Under the pieces are notes generated by a model. It worked only from the letters and a program-made list of their open reading frames with translations. It did not search any database and was not told the DNA's origin. 64,000 bases of DNA. Origin: an uncultured Eubacteriales bacterium. GTDB lineage: Bacteria > Bacillota > Clostridia > Christensenellales > CAG-314. This document shows, piece after piece, positions 25,607 to 36,331 of this stretch. The stretch's first letter is position 1. Each line of letters begins with the position of its first letter. The translations under genes were made by a program, and so were the position numbers. The stretch is taken from positions 134,359 through 198,358 of the forward strand of contig CASEME010000018.1 of assembly GCA_949289125.1 (NCBI GenBank), read 5' to 3'.

Positions 25607-26584
25607 TCAATAGGTCTTAACAAGTTTGGTCGCAAGTTCGTACAGACCGTAGTTGAAACTCTTTCTCTTGGACAAAGCCACAACAATGTCTTCCAAAATA
25701 ATATTACTGTCGCGAACACCTACTACACAGCTCGAACGACCTTCGATAAGTCCCTTAACAGCGTTACGTCCCATACGGATACCCAACAATCTGTCGGAGA
25801 AAGATGCGTCACCGCCACGTTGGAGATGTCCTACTACCATAGAACGGATATTGATATCCATTGCTTGCTTAATATCCTTAGTCATCTGTACAGCACTTCC
25901 TGCGCCCTCTGCAAGCACAATGATATTGTCATACTTGCCGTGGTCAATGTTGTGTTGCAGTCTTTCCAAAACTTCGGACATAGAAAAACGCACTTCGGGC
26001 ACAAGTATAATCTCTGCGCCACTCGTCATACCTGCATACAATGCAATGTCACCGCAGTTGCGTCCCATAACTTCCACTACACAGCTACGGTTGTTGGCAG
26101 TCATTGTGTCACGCAACATTTTTATAGTGCTCATTACTGCATTGACTGCACTGTCAAAGCCCAACGTATAGTCGGTGTATGCCAAGTCGTTGTCTATTGT
26201 GCCGGGGATACCCATTGTCAGCATACCAAACTTTGTTGCCAAAGCCTTAGCACCCTGAAAACTTCCGTCACCGCCTATTACTACAAGACCGTCAATTTTG
26301 TTTGCCTTCAACGTTTCGAACGCCTTGCGTTGACCTTCTTCCGTCTTCATCTCAGGGCAACGTGAAGTTTTGAGCACTGTACCGCCACGATGAATGATGT
26401 CGTCCACGTCCATTGCTTTCATTGTGCGGATATTGCCATCGATAAGACCTTGATAGCCGCCTGTTACGCCACACACTTCAAGTCCTTGTTCCAGACCGTA
26501 TCTTACGACAGAGTATATTGCCGCATTCATACCTTGCGAGTCGCCACCGCTTGTCAATACTGCAATTTTCTTAACTTTGCTCAT
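25607..26584 (-). CDS. pfkA: ATP-dependent 6-phosphofructokinase
   Basis: TSGGDSQGMNAAI, IGGDGS, PGTIDNDL, MGRNCGDIAL, GHLQRGG. Confidence 0.92.
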   Translation of the reverse strand: MSKVKKIAVLTSGGDSQGMNAAIYSVVRYGLEQGLEVCGVTGGYQGLIDGNIRTMKAMDVDDIIHRGGTVLKTSRCPEMKTEEGQRKAFETLKANKIDGLVVIGGDGSFQGAKALATKFGMLTMGIPGTIDNDLAYTDYTLGFDSAVNAVMSTIKMLRDTMTANNRSCVVEVMGRNCGDIALYAGMTSGAEIILVPEVRFSMSEVLERLQHNIDHGKYDNIIVLAEGAGSAVQMTKDIKQAMDINIRSMVVGHLQRGGDASFSDRLLGIRMGRNAVKGLIEGRSSCVVGVRDSNIILEDIVVALSKRKSFNYGLYELATKLVKTY

Positions 26585-26588
26585 TGTG

Positions 26589-28190
26589 TTATTCCCTCTC
26601 TTTGTTATTGTTTATTGTGTCCGAAAGATATGTGTTCAATTCTTCGTAACTGTCCTTTTTCCAACACTTACGCATTGTTATCAGTCGGCTAAATACGTTT
26701 TGATGTTTGTATGCCCTTGTGTTGCACACAAAGCCTTTGTCAATATACTTGGAACATAATTGTTTACTTCTGCTCTTAAAATCGTGATAACTGTCATTTG
26801 TGCCCCAAGCACACTCTGCTAACGCCCACAGTCTGGGCAAAAGATTGAAAAACAACTTGTTGTTGTCTGCAATATACTCCGTCCATACTGCACCTTCTAC
26901 ACCCAATATGTTGTTGCGGTTGTCTTTTTTTACTCCGCGCGGCATCACTTTGTAGCGGTATGTTCGATACAAAGGCGTTGCGGCGTAAGGATAGTCAAAG
27001 TAGACGTTTAGTGCCGACGACATAATGGCTTGTCTACCGCTATTGATTGCCTTAACAGTACTGCCTATTGTAGCTGGCTTCCAATGCTGAACAACAACTG
27101 ACCTGTCCAAAGAGCTGTTGACGCCGTCGTTCCAGCATATTACCTTTTTGCCCTTAGTTTTGAGATGCTCAACAACACCATTGACCAACCAACTTTGCAA
27201 TGCATTGTAATCATTAAGGCGCAATTCGGACAATTTTGCCTGACAACGCTTGCAGTTGCACCATCTGTCTTTGGGCGCTTCGTCACCGCCAAGATGAACA
27301 TACGGACTATCAAACAACTCAGTCACCTCGTCCAAAATGTCGCACACAAACTGCAATGTATTGTCGTTGCCTGCGCACAGAATATCTTTGGATATACCCC
27401 ACTTTTTGCGTACTTCGTAACCTTCGCCGCGACAGCCGTATTCGGGATAAGCGGCAAGCAAAGCCACACAGTGCCCAGGGATATCAATTTCCGGTATTAC
27501 CTCTATACGCAATTTGCGTGCATAGCTTACTATATCTTTAAGCTGAGCTTTGGTAAAATAACCGCCATAAGGCTTGTCGTCCACATAGCGTTGACCGTCT
27601 TTTACAATTTCCGTACCTTGACGGTAAGAGGCAACTTTGTTGATATTTGGGTATTTGTCTATCTCTACACGAAAACCTTGGTCGTCCGACAAATGCAAAT
27701 GCAGTACGTTGAGCTTTACTTCTGCCATAGCGTTCAAAATAGTTTTGACCGTGTTTACATCAAAAAAGTGTCTTGCCACATCGAGGTGCAACGCTCTCCA
27801 CTTGTACTTGGGACTGTCTGCAATGTGGCAGTTGTCACTTTGCAAAATATCAGGCTGGTCGCATGGTTGCAACACTTGCAAAAGCGTCTGTACAGCAGCA
27901 AAACCTCCAATGTCGTTACTTGCAACTACATTGATTTTGTCACCTGCCATATTTGTTTCGTAACCGTCGCCCAAAGCGTTGTCTTTGCTCTCGGGCAAAC
28001 AAAAGTGCACGTCTGCATTTGTGAGTTCTGTGCACATATCTATGTGTACTATGTTGCTACTATTGATATTGTTGACAAAGTATTGTGCACACCCCTGCAA
28101 AGCACTATCTGCATACACCAAACTATCGTTGCGCAAAACAAACTTACCTGTCAGCGCAGTATATCTTAATGGCTTTGGAATTATGTTCAT
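26589..28190 (-). CDS. GH20 beta-N-acetylhexosaminidase
   Basis: HLHLSDDQGFR, EIDIPGH, HLGGDE. Preferred start MNIIPKPL at 28190 (GAGGG RBS). Confidence 0.85.
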   Translation of the reverse strand: MNIIPKPLRYTALTGKFVLRNDSLVYADSALQGCAQYFVNNINSSNIVHIDMCTELTNADVHFCLPESKDNALGDGYETNMAGDKINVVASNDIGGFAAVQTLLQVLQPCDQPDILQSDNCHIADSPKYKWRALHLDVARHFFDVNTVKTILNAMAEVKLNVLHLHLSDDQGFRVEIDKYPNINKVASYRQGTEIVKDGQRYVDDKPYGGYFTKAQLKDIVSYARKLRIEVIPEIDIPGHCVALLAAYPEYGCRGEGYEVRKKWGISKDILCAGNDNTLQFVCDILDEVTELFDSPYVHLGGDEAPKDRWCNCKRCQAKLSELRLNDYNALQSWLVNGVVEHLKTKGKKVICWNDGVNSSLDRSVVVQHWKPATIGSTVKAINSGRQAIMSSALNVYFDYPYAATPLYRTYRYKVMPRGVKKDNRNNILGVEGAVWTEYIADNNKLFFNLLPRLWALAECAWGTNDSYHDFKSRSKQLCSKYIDKGFVCNTRAYKHQNVFSRLITMRKCWKKDSYEELNTYLSDTINNNKERE

Positions 28191-28500
28191 TAGTCCTACC
28201 CTCATAATGACATAAATATATGTAAAAATTTTACCACACTTTGTGCATAATTACAACTATTTCAAAAAAATTGAATAACAAATGCTTGCCTCAACACGGC
28301 AAAATATAGTACACAACACAATTTTTGTTGTCATTTTGTGCAAAAATACAAGTTGTTTTAAGACTAAGTTAAGTGCAATATAGTATCTTGTCCGATATAG
28401 CAGTAACTTTATACAAAATTTGTGTACACACTGCGCCAATCGTTAGTAACAATGAGCAAATTTGTGATATTATAAGCAGGCAAACAATGGAGAAGAGATT

Positions 28501-31119
28501 ATGTTGCAACTCAAAAATATCGTCAAAGATTATGTAGTAAACAAAGAGCTTACCGTACACGCGTTGAAGGGAATAAATATAGACTTTCGTGCAAACGAAT
28601 TTGTGTCCATATTGGGACCTTCTGGTTGCGGCAAAACAACTTTGCTCAACATAATAGGCGGTTTGGATCACTATACGTCGGGAGACATGACCATTGACGG
28701 AATATCCACAAAAGATTATGGCGAAAAACAATGGAACAACTACCGCAACTTGCGCATAGGTTTTGTATTCCAAAGCTACAATCTTATACCCCACCAAAGC
28801 GTAATAGAAAACGTAGAGCTTGCGTTGACTTTGTCGGGTATTAGCAAAGAAGAACGTAGACAACGTGCCAAAAAAGCACTTGAAGAAGTTGGTCTTGCAA
28901 CAGAATTAAATAAGCGTCCCAATCAGCTATCAGGCGGACAGATGCAAAGAGTTGCGCTTGCACGTGCTTTGGTCAACAATCCACAAATTGTACTTGCTGA
29001 CGAACCTACAGGCGCATTGGATAGCACAACGGGCGTACAAGTGATGGAACTACTCAAAAAAGTAGCAAACAATCACCTTGTTATCATGGTAACGCACAAT
29101 GCCGAGCTTGCCGAGCAGTATTCTACACGTATAATTCGCTTAAAAGACGGTGAAGTAGTATCGGACAGCAATCCGTACAGTGCGCCTGCACAACAGGACA
29201 CTGCTACAACAAGCGACGCACTGCCACACACTGCAACACAAGATGACCACAGTCAAACTGTTAAACAACAAAGTGATGCAAAAGTTAAGAAGGACAAAAA
29301 ACAAGACAAAAAGAAAAAGACAAAGGTAAAAATGTCGTGGTTGACTGCCATAGCGTTGTCTTTCCGCAACCTTATGACCAAAAAAGGACGTACATTTATG
29401 ACCAGCTTTGCAGGAAGCATAGGTATAATAGGCGTGGCGCTTGTACTTGCATTGTCCAACGGCTTTAATATGTATATAGCCAACTTGCAGACAGAGACGT
29501 TGTCGGGTTATCCTGTACAGGTATCGCCTATAAGCACAGACCTCGACGCTATGTACGAACAGATGATAAACGGCAACAAGGACGAGTTGCCCAAGTTTCC
29601 CGAAGGGGACAACAATGTGCATGTATATGATAGCACGGCTGTTTTGGGCAATGCAATGCACTACAATCATATCACGCAAGAATATATAGACTACATCAAC
29701 GACTATTACCAAAAAGACCTCGAAAAACCCGAACATCAACGCACGCTCAACAGTATAAGCTACTCTTACCAAAAGAGTCTCAATATCTTTGGCTACGACA
29801 ACGGCAAATACACATCTGTACTGCCTGCTGACGAAAGTGACGATCCGATGAGCGGCATAATGCAATCTTTTATGGGTAGCACCTCTGTGTTTCAGGAAGC
29901 ATTGGACAACAAAGACTACTTGTTGAGCCAATATGACGTACTTTACGGCTCGTATCCGCAAAGTTCGGATGAGTTGGCAATAATTGTAGACAGTCGCAAC
30001 CGCATAAGCACGCAAACATTGCAAGCGTTAGGTATAGACTACACATCAACGGGTGACGATACGTATCAGGATATCTCTTTTGAAGATATGTTGAAAAAAG
30101 AATTTATCCTTGTGTACAATGACGCTTATTACATCAAAGGCACGAACGGTACGGGCAAGACCACTTACACTGAGCTAAAAGACAAAGATGACGCATATAT
30201 ACAGTCTGCAATGCAAACTATCTCTCAAGACGACACAAAGTGCAAAAAGCTGAAGATTGTGGGCGTGTTGCGTATCAACCCCGATGCACCGCTGTCACTG
30301 TACGACACAGGTATACTGTATCTTTCCAGCCTTACACAAGAGTTTATGGCTAACAGCATGCAAAGCGAGATAGCTCAAGCTATGACGGCAACAGAAGGTT
30401 ATGTATATACCCCAGACAAAGACGGAGTGCTTACACTAACCACTATTGAGATGGCAAAATTGAGCTTAGCCTTTACTACAGGTTCTAAGCTCACCGACGA
30501 ACAGACTGTAGAATACTACAAGCAATATGTAGGCGCAAGCGACATACCTTCTTCAATATCTTTCTATCCTACAGACTTTGAAGGCAAAGATGAGCTACTA
30601 AGCTATCTCGACGCATGGAACGACACCGAGCAAGGCAAAGATTTGCCAATATACTACACCGATGCAACTGCCATACTGTCGGCATCTATGGGACAGATGG
30701 TCAACATAATATCCTACGTGCTTGTTGCATTTGCGTCAATCTCGCTTGTTGTGTCAAGCGTTATGATTGGTATCATCACCTATGTATCGGTAATAGAACG
30801 CACCAAAGAAATAGGCGTGTTGCGTAGTTTGGGCGCAAGCAAAAACAATGTTTCCAACATTTTCAACGCAGAAAGTTTGCTGATAGGGTTGACCGCCGGA
30901 CTGATAGGCGTACTTGTAACTTACTTGCTGTGCATACCTATCAATATCATACTTATCAATGTAGCAGGAGGCGCACTGACTACCAACCTTGCAGTACTCA
31001 ATCCGTTGGCAGCATTGTCACTTATTGCAATAAGCTGTCTGTTGACTTTGATAAGTGGCTCTATACCATCACGTATGGCAGCAAAACTCGATCCTGTCAA
31101 GGCCTTGCGCACCGAATAA
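28501..31119 (+). CDS. fused ABC transporter, ATP-binding domain + FtsX/MacB-type permease
   Basis: GPSGCGKTTLLN, LSGGQMQRVALARAL, LADEPTGALD. Lys-rich linker, large extracytoplasmic domain, C-terminal FtsX-type TM bundle. Confidence 0.85.
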   Translation: MLQLKNIVKDYVVNKELTVHALKGINIDFRANEFVSILGPSGCGKTTLLNIIGGLDHYTSGDMTIDGISTKDYGEKQWNNYRNLRIGFVFQSYNLIPHQSVIENVELALTLSGISKEERRQRAKKALEEVGLATELNKRPNQLSGGQMQRVALARALVNNPQIVLADEPTGALDSTTGVQVMELLKKVANNHLVIMVTHNAELAEQYSTRIIRLKDGEVVSDSNPYSAPAQQDTATTSDALPHTATQDDHSQTVKQQSDAKVKKDKKQDKKKKTKVKMSWLTAIALSFRNLMTKKGRTFMTSFAGSIGIIGVALVLALSNGFNMYIANLQTETLSGYPVQVSPISTDLDAMYEQMINGNKDELPKFPEGDNNVHVYDSTAVLGNAMHYNHITQEYIDYINDYYQKDLEKPEHQRTLNSISYSYQKSLNIFGYDNGKYTSVLPADESDDPMSGIMQSFMGSTSVFQEALDNKDYLLSQYDVLYGSYPQSSDELAIIVDSRNRISTQTLQALGIDYTSTGDDTYQDISFEDMLKKEFILVYNDAYYIKGTNGTGKTTYTELKDKDDAYIQSAMQTISQDDTKCKKLKIVGVLRINPDAPLSLYDTGILYLSSLTQEFMANSMQSEIAQAMTATEGYVYTPDKDGVLTLTTIEMAKLSLAFTTGSKLTDEQTVEYYKQYVGASDIPSSISFYPTDFEGKDELLSYLDAWNDTEQGKDLPIYYTDATAILSASMGQMVNIISYVLVAFASISLVVSSVMIGIITYVSVIERTKEIGVLRSLGASKNNVSNIFNAESLLIGLTAGLIGVLVTYLLCIPINIILINVAGGALTTNLAVLNPLAALSLIAISCLLTLISGSIPSRMAAKLDPVKALRTE

Positions 31120-31178
31120 CAAGCAATGTTGCAACAAAAGATTTGCAACAATCAACTATATAATGCTTACAAAAAAAA

Positions 31179-31212
31179 CAGCGAACGTTTAATTAACGTT
31201 CGCCGTTTTGTA
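31179..31212. terminator. bidirectional intrinsic terminator
   Basis: GCGAACGTT / AACGTTCGC with A8 upstream and TTTTG downstream. Confidence 0.7.
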
Positions 31213-31227
31213 TCTATGTTTTGTGAG

Positions 31228-31761
31228 TTATTTGATATAAGGAGCAAAGTCCAAAGTTTTGCCTTGAAGGTCTTTGACATACATCCCCTCTTCATTGAGT
31301 ATTGCATATCCGCTGTCGCACCCTCTCGGCCGTGAAACTGACGGCACATTGACTACCGACAAATCGCAGTAATTGAACAGTCTGCCTGTATGCGTATGTC
31401 CGTATACAAGTACATCGCCATATTGCAATATCGGCGGTATGCGCCTCGTGTTGTACACGTGGCCGTGTGAGAAAAACAAGTTGCGCCCAAAGTGATGCAT
31501 AATGGCTTTGTCCATATAAGACACACCGAGCACACCTTCGTCCTCTGTACTATCATTGTTGCCTTTGATAAGATAAAAGGGACGGGGCATACCTGCAAAA
31601 ATATCTGCTATACGCTTTTTGTCGTCCGCACCCCAACCGAATACGTCGCCGCACATCACAATTTTGTCAGTTTGTTCGTTGTGCACACACTGCACCAACT
31701 GCTGCAATGCTTTTACACTGCCGTGTACATCGGAAAAAACAAGTATCTTCATATAACTCAC
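31228..31761 (-). CDS. YfcE/MJ0936-family metallophosphoesterase
   Basis: VFSDVHGS, MCGDVF, KGNND, SHGH, GHTH. Confidence 0.8.
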   Translation of the reverse strand: MSYMKILVFSDVHGSVKALQQLVQCVHNEQTDKIVMCGDVFGWGADDKKRIADIFAGMPRPFYLIKGNNDSTEDEGVLGVSYMDKAIMHHFGRNLFFSHGHVYNTRRIPPILQYGDVLVYGHTHTGRLFNYCDLSVVNVPSVSRPRGCDSGYAILNEEGMYVKDLQGKTLDFAPYIK

Positions 31762-31840
31762 TTTTGCTAAGCAATATGCTTAGTCACAATGCTTTTGTAT
31801 ATTATCATGTTACACAAACAGCACTGCAATTTGATTTTGA

Positions 31841-33556
31841 TTACTCTTTGTCCTTGGGCGTTGCACTCTTTTTGCGTGTTGTTGTGCTTTTGCTCTTAGT
31901 AGCAGAAGTTGTTTTGCTTTTACTGCCCGATGTGGACTTTTTGGTTGTCGTAGCAGATGACTTTTGGGCAGTAGTTTTTTTTGTGGTCGTCACTGTTACA
32001 GCTTTGCTTTGATTGGGCACTTCTGCAACTGCCGTAGATTGATGTTTTACTTCCACTACAGCTTTGGACGTTTGTTTTACCTCTGCCACATGCGCAGGGT
32101 GTTTTATCGTCACTGCATTGATACCGCACAAACGCTGATACAGTGCCACATACTTTGCACTGCTCTCTTTCCAACTGTAGTCACAACGCATACCAGCCTG
32201 TTGTATATTGTCCCACTCTTGTCTGCGTTCGTAATAGAAGTTGAGCGCACGTCCTACTGTGTACCACAAGTCGTCACCGTTGTAGTTGGCAAAGCTAAAG
32301 CCATTGCCCTCTTTGGTCTGTTCGTTGTAGCTTGTAACGGTATCCTTCAGTCCGCCTGTTTCGCGCACCAAAGGCAAAGTGCCGTACTTCAACGCAATCA
32401 TCTGCGACAATCCGCACGGTTCAAAGCGACTTGGTACCAACAGCAAATCGCATGCCGCATATATTTTGTGTGCCAACTGATTGTTGAAAGTGATATTGGC
32501 AGACATTTTGAGCGGATATTTGGACTGATAGTAACGGAACATATCTTCGTATCTGCTCTCACCCGTACCAAGCACCACAAACTGTACTTCGCAGTTGAGC
32601 ATTTTTTCCATTATATAATCAACAAGGTTCAAACCTTTTTGCTCCACAAGACGGCTTACAAGACCTATCATACACACGTCTGCTTTTTGAGGCAAACCCA
32701 ACTCTTTTTGTAATGCAAGTTTGTTGTCTGTCTTGGCTTGTTTGACGTTGGAGCTGTCGTACTTGTAGGGCAAATCTTCGTCGGTTGACGGATTGTACAC
32801 CGAATAATCTATGCCGTTGAGTATACCTTCCGTTTTGTAAGCATAGCGGTTGATGACGTCGCCCAAATACTCGCTGTATTCGTCTCGCTTAATTTCCTCT
32901 GCGTATGTAGGACTTACCGTTGTCACTGCATCGCTAAACACTATGCCCGACTTCATATAGTTGACAGTACCGTTTTTGAGCACTCTGTCGGGACGGAAAA
33001 ACTGTTCGGGCAATCCTGTGAGGTCTTGCGCCTCGTGTACGTTGAGCCAACCCTGATATTTGAGGTTGTGTATGGTATATACCAACTTAATGTTGCGATA
33101 AAACTCCTGCCAACGATAAAAGGCGTCAAACAACACGGGCAAAATGCCTGTAGACCAATCGTTGGTATGTATAACGTCCACCTTTTCGCCAAGATATCCT
33201 ACCAAGTCAAGACAGGCTTTGGAAAAATAGGTAAAGCGTTCGTTGTCTGCAAAACAGTACAAGCTGTCGCCGCCAAAGTAAAACTCATTGTCCAAAAAGT
33301 AGTAATCTACGCCGTCTTGACTGAGTAAAAACACTCCGCAGTATTGATGACGCCAACTGACGTCCACATAGAAGTAACCAAGATAGGTCATCTGTTGCTG
33401 ATAGCGTTGGGGGATTATCCTTGCGTACTTGGGCATAACTACAGACACTTTGTGTCCGCTTTGCGCAACTGCCTTTGGCAAGGCGCCCAATACATCTCCA
33501 AGTCCACCCGATTTGGCAAAAGGTGCAACTTCTGCACTTACATACATAATATTCAT
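31841..33556 (-). CDS. glgA: glycogen synthase with ~93-aa basic Ser/Thr/Lys-rich C-terminal tail
   Basis: MNIMYVSAEVAPFAKSGGLGDVLGALPKA and a full GT5 core. Start ATG 33556 after AAGGAAGG. The tail contains AEVKQTSKAV / VEVKHQSTAV / AEVPNQSKAV repeats followed by a T/S/K tract. Confidence 0.9.
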   Translation of the reverse strand: MNIMYVSAEVAPFAKSGGLGDVLGALPKAVAQSGHKVSVVMPKYARIIPQRYQQQMTYLGYFYVDVSWRHQYCGVFLLSQDGVDYYFLDNEFYFGGDSLYCFADNERFTYFSKACLDLVGYLGEKVDVIHTNDWSTGILPVLFDAFYRWQEFYRNIKLVYTIHNLKYQGWLNVHEAQDLTGLPEQFFRPDRVLKNGTVNYMKSGIVFSDAVTTVSPTYAEEIKRDEYSEYLGDVINRYAYKTEGILNGIDYSVYNPSTDEDLPYKYDSSNVKQAKTDNKLALQKELGLPQKADVCMIGLVSRLVEQKGLNLVDYIMEKMLNCEVQFVVLGTGESRYEDMFRYYQSKYPLKMSANITFNNQLAHKIYAACDLLLVPSRFEPCGLSQMIALKYGTLPLVRETGGLKDTVTSYNEQTKEGNGFSFANYNGDDLWYTVGRALNFYYERRQEWDNIQQAGMRCDYSWKESSAKYVALYQRLCGINAVTIKHPAHVAEVKQTSKAVVEVKHQSTAVAEVPNQSKAVTVTTTKKTTAQKSSATTTKKSTSGSKSKTTSATKSKSTTTRKKSATPKDKE

Positions 33557-33629
33557 ACAATGTACCTTCCTTGTTGTTATGTATTTACAGTACACCACGC
33601 TTGGCACACTGTCAATAGCCGTGTGCCGT

Positions 33630-34736
33630 CTAAATAGTACGGTGCTTGCCTACCACGATAGGAAAGTCGGGCTGACCGACAAGCGTTTTGCCTTGACGTA
33701 TGTTGCAGTTTTTGTCAAGAATAACTGCGCTCAGTGTTGCGTTGGCAGATATTGTACAATCGGGCATAATGATGCTGTTTTTTACCACTGCACCCTTTTC
33801 CACACTAACGCCACGCGATATAATACTGTTTTCTACAACACCGTCTATCACGCAACCGTCGGCAACAAGACTGCATTTTACTTCTGCATTGGCAAGATAA
33901 CGTGTAGGCACTCGGTCTTTGGACTTTGTAAGTATTCTGTATTCGGACAAAAACAACTGTTTGCGGCAATTATTGTCCAACAAGTCCATACTTGCTTGGT
34001 ACAGACTATCAATATCGTACACAGTGCGCAGATAACCGTCAAAGCACCAGCCGTATATTTTGTAGCGTTTAATATTGCTTTCGATAACGTCTTTGATAAA
34101 GCTCTTTTTGTCGTGCAAACGGCATTGCTCCACTATGTCAATAAGCACTTGCTTGTTGAACACATAGTAGCCTACAATTCTGTTAGTGCACTTTTTGCGG
34201 TCGTTTTTGTACACTACGTCCACAACTTTTTCGTTTTCGTCACAATCGAGATAACTGTCGCGCTCGGTCTTTTCCTTTTCCGATTGGTACACTACAGTAA
34301 TATCTGCACCGCGCGCTATGTGTTGTTGCACAATGTCGTCAAAGCGTATGTTGCATACGTTGTTGGAATCTGCCACAACTACATAGTTTTGTTTGCATCT
34401 GCGCAAATATCCCAATGCGCTGATAAGCAAGGATATGCGTGCATCGCGCGACAAATCCACTTCGGGTGAATAGGGAGGAATAATGAGCAAACCGCCTCTT
34501 TTGCGTGCAAGATCCCAAGGTTTGCCGTTGCCTAAGTGGTTTAATAGCGATTGAAATTTGTGGTCGGTAGCAAGACCTACCGTGTCTATCTCACTGTTTA
34601 CCATAGCGGACAATACAAAGTCCACAAGGCGGTATCTGCCTGCAAAGGGAACAGCGCACGCTGTACGCACTTTTGTAAGTTCGCCCAACTCAGTCTGATT
34701 GTCACATGCCATTATAAGTCCGATTGTGTCTAACAT
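33630..34736 (-). CDS. glgD: glucose-1-phosphate adenylyltransferase regulatory subunit GlgD
   Basis: GlgC paralogue lacking the GGxGxRL motif (..TKVRTACAVPFAGRYRLVDFVLS..). TGATG overlap with glgC. Confidence 0.8.
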   Translation of the reverse strand: MLDTIGLIMACDNQTELGELTKVRTACAVPFAGRYRLVDFVLSAMVNSEIDTVGLATDHKFQSLLNHLGNGKPWDLARKRGGLLIIPPYSPEVDLSRDARISLLISALGYLRRCKQNYVVVADSNNVCNIRFDDIVQQHIARGADITVVYQSEKEKTERDSYLDCDENEKVVDVVYKNDRKKCTNRIVGYYVFNKQVLIDIVEQCRLHDKKSFIKDVIESNIKRYKIYGWCFDGYLRTVYDIDSLYQASMDLLDNNCRKQLFLSEYRILTKSKDRVPTRYLANAEVKCSLVADGCVIDGVVENSIISRGVSVEKGAVVKNSIIMPDCTISANATLSAVILDKNCNIRQGKTLVGQPDFPIVVGKHRTI

Positions 34737-35950
34737 CAGCGTTGTCCTCCTTTTACGTCTTCTATCACCATATTTTCCTTACCTATGTGGCAACGGGCGT
34801 CAATTTTGACACCTGCGCCAATAAGCGTAATGCCGCCCGTACAATATTTGGAACTATAAGTACTGTCGTCCACAAGCCCTACAGTTGCGTATTCGCCAAT
34901 CACACAGTCGTTGGCTATTATTGCATGGCTTAATTTTGCACCTTTACAAATACGTGCACCGCGCATAATTATGCAATCGGTAACCTCTGCACCTTCTTCT
35001 ATAGTTACGCTGTCAAAAATGACGCTGTGATTGACCGTACCGTCTATATAGCAACCTTCTGTTACAAAGCTATTGGTAAGTTTGCAATGCTTGTCCAAAA
35101 AGTGAGGAGCTGCAGACGGACTTTTGTACATTACAGGCCAATCTTCGTTGTACAAGTCCACACTGTCATTGTCCAACAAGTCCATATTGGATTGCCACAA
35201 ACTTTCCACCGTTCCAACGTCTTTCCAATATCCGTCAAAACGATAACCAAACACTGCTTTGCGCTGTTGCAACATCTTGGGAATGATGTTTTTGCCAAAA
35301 TCGTTGTCGGACAACAAATCGTTTTCGTCTGCAATAAGTTCTGCCTTCAACAAATCCCAATTAAAAATATAAATACCCATAGAAGCAGTATTGCTACGAG
35401 GCTCAACAGGTTTTTCTTCAAAGCTAACTACTCGGTCGTTGCTATCTGTTTCCAAAATACCAAAGCGATGTGCTTCTTCCATGGCAACAGGTATCATAGC
35501 AATAGTTGCATCCGCTTGCTTTTGTTTGTGGTGCTCCAACATTTTGCTGTAGTCCATTGTATATATATGGTCGCCCGACAGTATAAGCACATATGTAGGA
35601 TTAAACTTGTCGATAAATTCCATATTTTGGTAAATAGCGTTTGCCGTGCCTTTGTACCACTGTCCGTTGTGTTCGGTCATATAAGGTGGCAAAGTAAATA
35701 CACCGCCGTCCCCTCTGTCCAAGTCCCACGGCTGTCCGCTACCTATATATGTGTTGAGTTCCAACGGTTTGTACTGAGTCAACACACCTACGGTATCTAT
35801 ACCGGACAATGCACAGTTGGTAAGCGGAAAATCGATGATGCGATATTTGCCGCCAAACTGTACTGCAGGCTTGGCTACATCTCTCGTCAGCACGCCCAAT
35901 CGGCTACCCTGTCCGCCTGCAAGAATCATTGCAATTAGTTCTTTCCTCAT
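34736..35950 (-). CDS. glgC: glucose-1-phosphate adenylyltransferase
   Basis: [38 protein letters not shown]. Start ATG 35950 after GAGGGAGG. Confidence 0.9.
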   Translation of the reverse strand: MRKELIAMILAGGQGSRLGVLTRDVAKPAVQFGGKYRIIDFPLTNCALSGIDTVGVLTQYKPLELNTYIGSGQPWDLDRGDGGVFTLPPYMTEHNGQWYKGTANAIYQNMEFIDKFNPTYVLILSGDHIYTMDYSKMLEHHKQKQADATIAMIPVAMEEAHRFGILETDSNDRVVSFEEKPVEPRSNTASMGIYIFNWDLLKAELIADENDLLSDNDFGKNIIPKMLQQRKAVFGYRFDGYWKDVGTVESLWQSNMDLLDNDSVDLYNEDWPVMYKSPSAAPHFLDKHCKLTNSFVTEGCYIDGTVNHSVIFDSVTIEEGAEVTDCIIMRGARICKGAKLSHAIIANDCVIGEYATVGLVDDSTYSSKYCTGGITLIGAGVKIDARCHIGKENMVIEDVKGGQR

Positions 35951-36022
35951 TGTTACCTCCCTCTCATACAAAATATTGTGCGAAAATTGTTTTGTTTGTA
36001 TTGTTGTTGCAATGTTTGCAAA

Positions 36023-36322
36023 TCAATCTATATCAATGTGTTCTATGCCCTTTTTGTCACTGCGTTTGTACACCACAAAGCGATTGCCCACGCACAGCAC
36101 AGATTGGCTTTCCAATCTGCTGCACACCTCGTCACACATAGCTCTTGCCGAACAATCACAGCTTTTCAGCGACGCTACTTTTACCAATTCGTTGTGATAA
36201 AGTGCTGTTTGTATCTCTTTTATTACGTTGTCTGTAAGTTCCTCTTTGCCTATTATTACAAGTGGCTTCAAGGTACTTGCCATAGCTTTTAGCTTGCTAC
36301 GCTGTTTGGAAGTAAGTTGCAT
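36023..36322 (-). CDS. yhbY: YhbY/CRS1-type ribosome-assembly RNA-binding protein
   Basis: LTSKQRSKLKAMASTLKPLVIIGKEELTDNVIKEI..HELVKV. Immediately downstream of obg. Confidence 0.8.
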   Translation of the reverse strand: MQLTSKQRSKLKAMASTLKPLVIIGKEELTDNVIKEIQTALYHNELVKVASLKSCDCSARAMCDEVCSRLESQSVLCVGNRFVVYKRSDKKGIEHIDID

Positions 36323-36331
36323 TGTTTTCTC

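Noticed and set aside
25583-26365. Long plus-strand ORF (260 aa) and many similar ones. Examples: 27165-28169, 29140-30024, 33429-34469, 35027-35938, 40307-41089, 47687-48529, 54012-54722, 57130-57876, 61673-62272.
   Set aside because: Each lies antisense to, or out of frame within, a CDS with strong family motifs (pfkA, GH20, ABC, glgD, glgC, desulfurase, and others). They have Cys/His/Val/Tyr-rich unnatural composition and lack an RBS. They are typical shadow ORFs of the higher-GC core.
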